DNA of 49,536 nucleotides from Octopus bimaculoides. Its lineage: Eukaryota. The position numbers were made by a program, and so were the translations under genes. The notes below the pieces were generated by a model that made no database searches, was not told the origin of the DNA, and saw only the letters and a program-made list of their open reading frames with translations. This document shows positions 1 to 9,400 of this stretch, piece after piece (the stretch's first letter is position 1; each line of letters opens with the position of its first letter). The stretch is from assembly GCF_001194135.2 (NCBI RefSeq), contig NC_068981.1:41118417-41167952 (forward strand). The letters run 5' to 3'.

Positions 1-291
1 AAATGAAACATACTTTATAAACTATAGCAATTTCCCTCCCCCTCCCTCCCTCTGCTGTTCACACACCCCTGCACACCCCATATTACACCACTAGGTTGCC
101 AAACATATTAGGAAAATAAGATTGGACTGAAACTTCACTAAGTCATCATCTTGCCTTAAAATTTGCTGTTTACATCATCATCATGTGAATATTTTTTTAT
201 ATCACTCTCTCATCACCTTTTTTATTATTTTGTTTATTTTCTCAATTTTTTTTTTTTTTCTACACATCATTTTGTCAAATTTGGACTGTAG

Positions 292-408
292 TTTGAAGAT
301 TTAAATGGTGAAAAGCATGAGCATTCCATTTCAAGTAGAATAAACTTGATTGATTTGGCTGGCAGTGAAAGACAGTCGACATCACAGTCTTCTGGGGAGA
401 GACTCCGT
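292..408 (+). CDS. KIF14: KIF14-like exon 1 in window (motor, switch II)
   Basis: tag|[39 protein letters not shown]|gtaagt; 117 nt, phase 0-0. Confidence 0.96.
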
Positions 409-3400
409 GTAAGTAAATCTACAGAATTCACTTTTTTAGATATTTTATCAAAAATCTAAACTTATTAATAATATTTCAAATGAGTATTAAAAATAAATGC
501 TTATTATTTGTGTGTGTATGTTTTGATTTCCAGCATCTGCTTAACACATTCCTGTTGAGATTGTGATTTCCAATCAGATATATTTTATTCTCGATTATTA
601 TTGCATCGATTTGGGCTATATATTTTCAAAAATCTTATAAGTATCATTTTCCCATCATTAATCAAATGATTTTGTTGAAACTTTTGCTTTAATTAATACT
701 GTCTTAACTTTATAACCTAAACCCAATCATTTTGAAAAAAATAAGCCATAAGATTTGTCAAATTGCTCTTTGTTATTACAATTTAAACTTGTTTTTGTTA
801 AATTTATGTCTACATATGATTTCTGTAAGAAATTAATGCAATGAGTCAATTGCACCTGGTACCATTTCTACATTTAAATTTTAATACCTAAAACATAATT
901 TTTTAATAAATACTTTTGTTTTTATTGCAGGAAGGTATTAATATCAACAAATCATTGATGACACTTGGTAAAGTTATTTGTTTACTTTCTGAGGTATCTT
1001 CTAATGCTAGCAAGAAGAAAAAGGTCTTCATCCCATACAGAGATTCTGTATTAACCTGGTAACTAATTTGTCTTATTTTAAATGTTAACATAAACTTTTA
1101 CATATTTCTTTAAAAACTAAGGTAGAATATTTGTAAACTCATTAAAACATGTGTGCATGCAGGGGTATAGACTTAAACAACATGTCTTTAGGGCCTCATC
1201 TTTACTTAGACAGATGGGTTTTCTCAAGCGCAGCAAATTACCAATCATATCAGTCCTTTGTCATATCCTCTGTTAAACTCAACATCCAGATGTGGTTCTT
1301 CATCATTTTGTCACATGTCTTCCTAGGTCTCCCTCTTCCACAGATTGCATCCACTTCTTTATGCAGCTGTCCTCAGACATATGCATCTCATGACCATGCC
1401 AGCACATTCTTCTTTCTTGCTCACTATGGTACCTCTTATGCTCAATTTTCTGAGTTATGAGGCAAAATCAGTAGTATATTGAGGGAAGAGGGAGGATATA
1501 CTCCTGAATATTGTTTAGCCATCTTGGATGGGTTGTTGATGCCAAATAGCAAAGAATCACTGAAGATCTGATCAATTAAGTAAATTGTGTGACTACATAC
1601 AAACCAAGATTGTATTCTAAATTTTCAATTACAATCTAATCCTTTGAAAATACATAATCTAGATTATAAATTGAATGGGATAAAAATGAATGGAATAATA
1701 ATAGAGAGTACAGGATAGAATGTGCAGTAGGGTTTCAAAGGTAACCATATGGTTGGACATATCTGGTTTACTGAAACTGTGAATTATCCTAAGCCTGGTA
1801 AAAATATTTGTGTGAAGGAAGTTGACTTAACAATTACAGCTTCTAAAACGACCAGCGCCACTACCTAGAGATGAGAGAGAGCTTCTGTATGGTCATTCAG
1901 TCTGCAAGAAATAACCAAATTTCCCTCAGATCACATCATACTTTCTTAAAAGCAAAAAAAAAAAAAAAAAAAAAAGAAAAACCACTTTAAAAGTCTCTAA
2001 TATTAGATGTAAAGTTGATATCCTTTCTTTTTTTAAGTAGAAAACATTGAATAAGATTCTTCTAGTTAACAGCTTATAATGGACATTATTTACATTTGAT
2101 GAATATTTGTCCTCATCTTGTTTAACACAATGTTTTGGCTGATATACCCTCCAGCCTTTATCAGGTGTCTTGGGGAAATTTCAAACTTGGGTTCTCATTC
2201 CTAAGGTACTTTCTGTCATCATTGCCGCCGCCGCCGTTCAGGTCACTGCCTGGAGTTGAACTCGGAATCTTGGGGTTAGTAGCCCGTGCACTTAACCACT
2301 ATGCCATATGCCCGTGGGCAATTATAGAGTGAATTTTAGTGCTTATAAATCTAATATTTTCCTATCTTTTCTTAATACCTGTTCCCATATGCTATTCATA
2401 TCTGCACTCGGTCTGCTTAGGAGGTTGTTGTATCCTAGCATATGTGTTGCTTCTTTTGGTTTTCGTATTTTCCATTGGTGTTCTCTGTCTATTATTTTAA
2501 CTTCATCCCACAGGGGGAGGTGGTCTCTGTTTTTCCATACATGATCAGCTATACCTGATTTATCAATATCTCCTCGTGTCACAGCTATGCGATGTTCGTC
2601 TACGCTTATTTTGAGCGGGCGGCATGTTTCGCCTTTGTATAACCTACCACAGCTGCATGGGATGGAGTAAACACAGATTTGGATTTTCCATGTGGCTGCT
2701 GTTGTGTTGTCGCTGGAACTGGCAGTGTCTTGTGTGATCAGTGGCCAGACCTTAAAAGGTCTGGAACCGAATGACCTTGAGATGAGGAAAAGTTAGATTT
2801 TTTTATAAGGAGTTGTAGGCTCAGCTGAGATAGAAAAACAGGCTGCCATACGTGACCTTATTTGAAGGCTGCGATTGGTTGGGTTGCATATTGGCGTGTG
2901 GTAGAGCAAGAGACAAATTGGGCCAATACCAACCAATCAGAGTAGTAGACACAACAGGGTCCAAAATGCGATCAGAGGTTAGCTGTTGTTTTCTTCGTTT
3001 GTATGTATGTATATATATAATAGAGAGGAGAGGAATTTCATTGAAGTGTACGCTACAAGCTAATTAATTACTATAGAAAAAGCATTAATCTTCAGATTTA
3101 AATGGTATATATAAGAGAAATTTTAGATTTTTATGTGTTAGAAAAATTCAGATATTTGTAATTTAATTTTTGTCATTTTCACTTTTTTTATTCTTTCAAC
3201 TTTAATCTTTTCATGAAGATAATTAAAAATACTTTTTAAAATGTTTGTCAGGTCAGTCATTTCATTAAAGAAAAGGGACCATATAGATACTCATAGTTTT
3301 AACAATTTAATTTCTTTATAATAATTTCAATTTTGTTTTCCTAGCATGTCCCACTTTCCCCAATTTTAAATCACTTTCGGCAAAAAGGAAGAAATATATT

Positions 3401-6400
3401 ATTAAAAATAATTTCACTGTCCCCTTCTTTACCAGAATCCCATACAGTCATGAGCTTTGTAATTCCTTTACCTATTGATGTTAAAATTTAAAAAGATAAG
3501 TCAAAATGTCTTTATTACTAATGAATTTCATATAATTATTCCTAGAGACTATTAAAAGAAAATTTGGGTGGGAATTCTCATACAACAATGCTTGCTACCA
3601 TAAGCCCTGCAAGTATTCATTAAGATGAACTTTTATTATACTGTCTGATATCATTTTAGTGTCACTGATCATATTTTCTTTCCAAAGGTTGTTAAAAGAA
3701 AGTCTTGGAGGGAATTCTCGAACAGCAATGCTTGCTACCATCAGCCCTGCTAATATTCACTGTGAAGAAACTCTAAGTACTCTCAGATATCCTTTTATTG
3801 TCATCACTTTTTTTTATTTTATCATCATTTCATTTGTTAGATGAGAAGTAACACCAAAAATATCAAAGCATCCTTAATTTCCAGTTTTAAATTATTATAT
3901 ATAATTAATTTTTCCTATAATTATTTGTATTTTTCTTGCAGTTAATGTTTTAGGGTTTAATTTTAATTTCATCAAATTAAAATCTACTTTGTTTTTTTCA
4001 GATCCTCATTCTATATTTTCTTTACAGTTTTACTCCTACCTTGCAAATTTCATTGTTTCATTTTAGATATACCATATATTTTTGAGTTGTACTCATTTGG
4101 CAAATGCATTGATGTGTGAGACAGTTTGCTGAATCTGAAGTGATTATGTTGTGGAAGAGTCCATTTAGTTATTTATGAAGACACAAAAATTGTTACATTC
4201 ACTTTAAGTTATTTCTTAATAGTAATGTCTATTTAAAAAAGAAATCTTATTGTCAGGTGGGAAGACAGTGTCCATGACTGTTTATAGGATCTTTGATGGG
4301 TGGGGAGATATCCTCAATCTAGAGACCTGGCTTGAATGCTTGCAAAGGAAGTGAACTCCACTAAAGTTACTCAAGGTACTAGGCACTGGTGTTAAATCAA
4401 GTGATGGATCAAGTCAAGAAATTTTGTTGCACTCCTGCAACCTGGTCACCGATACAATTCCAGTGCAGTGAAATTTTGTCAGAAGTTAATCAAGAATTTT
4501 TGACACTTCATAATAGACAGTAATAAATGAAAAGTAAATATGACAGCTTTGGGGTATTCGTAAGTGGTTAAATAACTCTTCTACAATGTAATCAAATTAT
4601 CAAAAAGAGTGGAAGCTGCAAGAATTTTTTTCAATTGAATTTATTGAGATTTTTTTAAAATGATAGTGGGGTTTTTTTTCTTGTTTTATTATATATTATA
4701 TTCTTTAATGTGTCTTAAATATGCTCAGCAAGCTAGCTGTATTGTGAATCGTGTCCGAATCAATGAAGATACAAAAAGTAAAAAAATTCAAGGTTAGAGA
4801 ATTTAGTTTTTTTAGCAGTTATTTTTAATAATTCTCATTTTTATACTTCAAAGTATTTATATTCCAGTGTTGTTGATTTTTGTATCTATCATCATCATCA
4901 TCATCTTTGTTTAATGTCCTCCTTCCATTCTGGCATGGATTGGATAGTTTGACAGGAGCTAGCTAGGCAGAAGACTGCACCAAACTTTTGTGTCTGTTTT
5001 GGTATGGTTTTTACTGCTGGATGCCCTTCTTAACACCAACCACCCTGCAGAGTTGGCTGAGTGCTTTTTACCTGGCACCAGCACAGGCAAGGTCAGTTTT
5101 GGTATGGCTTTTACAGCTGGATGCCCTTTCAAATGCCAACCACTTTACAGTGTGAAGTGAATGCTTTGTACCTGGCACCAGCACTGGCAGGGTCACCAAA
5201 TAACTTTGCAAGACAAGGAATCTTTGAGAGGGGAGGGGCATTGGAGGAGGTGATCTTGTGCCAGATGATAAAAAGTTAGAGTGTGACAGAGAGACAGAAA
5301 CAAATGTCTTGCTGTAGACAAGGTACATGGTAATCCAGCCAGGGAGAGAGTTAACAAGAAAGAGGGCAGAAACAAGTGTGCTGCTGTAAAGGAGATACAT
5401 GGTTACCTAGCTGAGAAGGAGTGAGGGAGAGAGATCAAGAATTGGTTAGAAACAAGATGGCAGTGAAGGGTATACTCACGATGTACAGGGATCAGAGCAT
5501 AAATGGGATGGTAGAGTAAGGAAGAAAGAGATAAATGGTGGCAGGTGCCATCAAGGTATTGCCAAGAAAGTGTGAGTGGGGGTGGGGGAATGTTGTGACT
5601 AGTGAGAACCTGGGTATATAGAGGGGGTGGGGAAAGCAACACTACAGTGAGCAGGGTAGTGAGGAATGGATTGGAGAGTGGGAGATAATCATAGTGTATG
5701 AAGAGGAAATGTGAGGAAGAGAAGAGATAGTTTGGGAGAGGAGATGTAATCTGATTTGTTGGGGTAGGGTAGGTGGAACACAACACTTCTAGAACTCATG
5801 TTCACTGATGTGGGTGGATCTTCTCTAGAAACTCTTATTGCCAGATATCTCAGTCCATTGTTATTTTCTCTGTGAGTCCCAACATCCTGAGATCAGTCCT
5901 CACCACTTCATCCCATGTCTTCTTGGGTCTCCCTCTTTCATAGGTACCATCCACTTTCATTTTTATATATTTAGTGATCTTCACATAAAGAACGATATAC
6001 TGTGCTTGTGAAGACCTGTCAAGCCAAGTGAAATTGTAGTCATGGCTGATGCTAGTGCTGTATGCCTGGCATGTAAAAAGCATCATTTGAGCCTCATGGA
6101 GACAGTGACAGGTGTCCAAGACCTTTGGCGATATACTGTGCTTGTGTAGACCTGTCAAGCCAAGTGAGACCGTAGTTGTGGCCAGTGACACCTGTGCTGG
6201 CAGCACGTAAAAACACCAACTACACTCTTGGAGTGGTTGGCATTAAGAAGCGCATCCAGCCATAGAAATCTTGCCAAATCAGATCAAAACCTGGTGCAGC
6301 TCCTCAACTGACCAGTTTTCAATCAAACTGGCCAACCCATGCTAGCATGGAAAACAGATGTTAAATGATGATGATGAATCCTATTTATGCATTGAAGAAT

Positions 6401-9400
6401 GTCAAATCTCGTTCAGAATTAATCCATGATTTAAAACATACACCTAAATTCTAAATTTCAGTCATTTCATAATTCATATTATAAGTATTTGCATAAAACT
6501 GTTTTTTTTTTTATTTGTCATAACGGTAAAGAAGAACAATGCCTATTTTGTGATATTTAGACTAATATAAGATTATTACTTTGTTTTCTGTTCACATGCA
6601 ATATCATCATTAATATACAGTGAATGTTTCTTAAATTCTATGTTCTTTGAAAATAGCTCAGCTTTATGTGTGTTTCAAGGCAACTCATCACTGATGAAAG
6701 TAATTGCATTTATGAAGATGACATTCCTTCAAATTCTTATTTTTATATTTCTCATCAAATCATCGTATGTAATTTGATATTTTGTAATCTCTTACAGAGC
6801 TTTTAGCTGAGATTGAAAGGCTAAAAAGACTCACTTCAAAAGGTAGAAATATTGAACATGAAATACGTTTGGCAGAAATTACTTCTTTACGTTCAGAATT
6901 AAGTGGTAAAGAAAAGGAACTGCAAAATTTAAAAAGGTTTGTTTAATTGTTAAAATTTTCATTTTTTACTTTAAATTATCAGCATCATTGTTTTAATGTT
7001 TATTTTAATAGAATACAGTTGATCTTCATTTTTTTATTTATTATTAAATGAATTGTGCATTTTAGAACTTGGGAAATAAAGCTAACTGAATCCGAGAAAA
7101 TGAAAAAAAAACAGCTTGATATACTTCAGGTATTTACTTTCGTTATATATACTTTTAATTTAAATGATTATTTTTAGATTTGGTAGTGTTTACATTTACT
7201 GTGTTTCCAAATGCTAAATTAAGATTTTCATGTCTAGATTGTTGTTGAGCAGGATGAGAAAGTAGTCTTAAGTTTTCATTGCAATTTTCATATGTTGTAC
7301 AATTTTTCTCGTTTACTATGTTCCTCATATTATCAATTAGGAAGCCTAGAAAGGAGTTAAGAGATATTTATGGTTTTGCTTATGATTGTTCACTGAATCC
7401 AATGTTAATCATATTTTCCTTTATTTACAAATCATTTGATGATTACACCCCAGATTTGTACAGCTTTAATTACAGCTGGAGCATGTAAAATGTTTAGTTT
7501 GAGAGGTCTGCAACTTTACTTGCTTCTCCATGTAGTACTAAAAGCATCTCTCTTCTAAGAACTCTATTAACCATTTCGTTACTGTATTTATTTTGAGATG
7601 CTCTGTGTTTCTTACAATTACTTAAAATATAACAAAGAATTTAATCAAATAACTTAGGTATTATTAAGCTAGTGTTAGGAACATAAATTGTGACTGGTTT
7701 GGTGGAAGATTTTAATTCAAAACTTATGGAAACAAGGCATTTGTACTCAGAGCCAGTTTCAGCTGGGTTGGTAACGAAAGGGTTAAAAGATGTTGGGCTT
7801 GTTTAATCTTGTCTCAGTTAATATGGGATGCAGCAGATAATGTTTGGGAGCATTGTTAGTTATCTGAACCAATGAGTGGTTATGTAAGCACGCGAGAAAT
7901 AGTTGATTATTTAAGGTTCAGAACTCTACTGTCACTGAGTACTGACAGCCAATAGAGTTGACTGTCAGTATTTGGTAATGGCCAAATGCAGCTAATTTTA
8001 GAGGTTAGATCCCATCTTCAGAAGCTTGATTTTATGCACTTGGCTTGTCAGGAGTGCTGCTGTAACCATCTCTGTATGTTTTTCTTCTTGGCATTATAAT
8101 GCAGGAGTGATTTACACCAAGGGAGATCTCATCTGAACTGAGACACAGGGAAGCAGTTCTTGTATATGTGAACAGTATTATTCTCATTATGTTGAGTAAC
8201 TTGGGATTTGTGTTGATTCACATAAAGCTGGAACTAGGGCAGTTATTAACTAGGTCAAGTGAGCAACTTAACATATATTAGAAAGGGCATCCAACCATAA
8301 GAACTCTACTAAAGAAGACACAGGTGCATGGTGCTATCATGTGACTCATTGGATCCTGTTGAACTTTGCAACTCATACCAGTATGGATGATAGACATTAA
8401 ATGATCATGGTAATGGTAGTGGCAATGACAGCAATAACCAAGACTCCTCTATAAATCACTGAAGGATAGAGCAGAGCTTGTTGTTTGTGAGGAGCTGATA
8501 AAAACAACATTTTAAAGGATGTTGTGACTATATAGCAGTTGGTGATTTCATTAGTTTCTTATTTTCCTATGTAACACTCCTTGAATAATCCTATAATTTG
8601 TTTCACCAGCCATTGGTTGTTGTTGTTATAGATTTGATAGTTTTATGCATTATTGGCTTTATTTTCAATTACTTTCAGAATTCTGGTATAATCATAAAAA
8701 TGGATAAAACGTTACCACATTTGGTAAATTTAAGTGAAGATCCTCAAATATCTGAAGTCTTGCTGTATTTGATCAAAGATGGAAACACCCATGTTGGACA
8801 CAGTTCTTCCGATTCTGTTTGTGATATTCAGTTAATAGGGGCCCTAATTTCAAAGAATCACTGGTTTGTAACACTCTTATTTGTTACTTAAGAAGTAATT
8901 GCTTTTTCATCATTATCATTATCATCTTCTTTCTTTATTCTTCTTTTTTTACTTTTGCCTTCTATCTTTCTTAATTCTGTGCTAATATAGAAATTCAGTA
9001 AGTTCAAGGTTCCAATGAGCATACTATTGTTATACTTTCCTTTGTGAAACCTCACTTTGTAAGGTCTTGTATTATAAATGTAATTATATGTCTTTCTGAT
9101 GTAGAATTTTTTTTTTTTTTTTTCACTTTGCGTGAGTGAATAGGGCTTTTCCACATCTGTACAGACTTAATTCTTGCAGCAGTCATGCTAATTTAATTGC
9201 TTCCAGTCTGTGTTGTATGCACTTTATACACGACAGTTCATAGTCACTAGAAAGTTCATCTTTATACAACATTGTGATAGATTCAGTAATCCTGCATTTC
9301 TAATTCACAATATATTTACCAGTTTCTTGTGAATTAGAATTGGTAAATAGACAGAATAATTTCTGTTAGGAGGGACGTGTTAACTTCTTTTACATATTAG

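Larger units (their letters stand above)
2083..3076 (-). mobile_element. Penelope-like element (PLE) fragment: promoter-like leader, GIY-YIG C-terminus, tRNA-like box, hammerhead-bearing tail
   Basis: Open frame 2675->2343: [62 protein letters not shown]..., typical of the PLE GIY-YIG endonuclease. Outer boundaries are approximate. Confidence 0.85.

Noticed and set aside
1149-1460. 103-aa plus-strand ORF, and similar short ORFs at 5061-5786, 11717-12082, 29281-29691, 45030-45398 and 47920-48222
   Set aside because: Antisense or out-of-frame readings of LINE and repeat sequence; no splice support or protein motif
2241-2313. Possible tRNA-Ser(ACT) gene
   Set aside because: Acceptor and T stems have several mismatches and the unit is embedded in a retroelement; treated as a tRNA-derived promoter box
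3800-4728. Canonical GT-AG alternative for intron 3 (ATT|GTCATC ... CTCAG|CAA)
   Set aside because: In frame, but the donor is weak and it turns the invariant LRYA into LRYPFI; the U12 donor and branch site explain the junction better
5800-6377. Twin-priming 5' inversion of a single RTE insertion
   Set aside because: The geometry fits, but the overlapping ORF-end sequences of the two arms are too different, suggesting separate subfamilies inserted back to back
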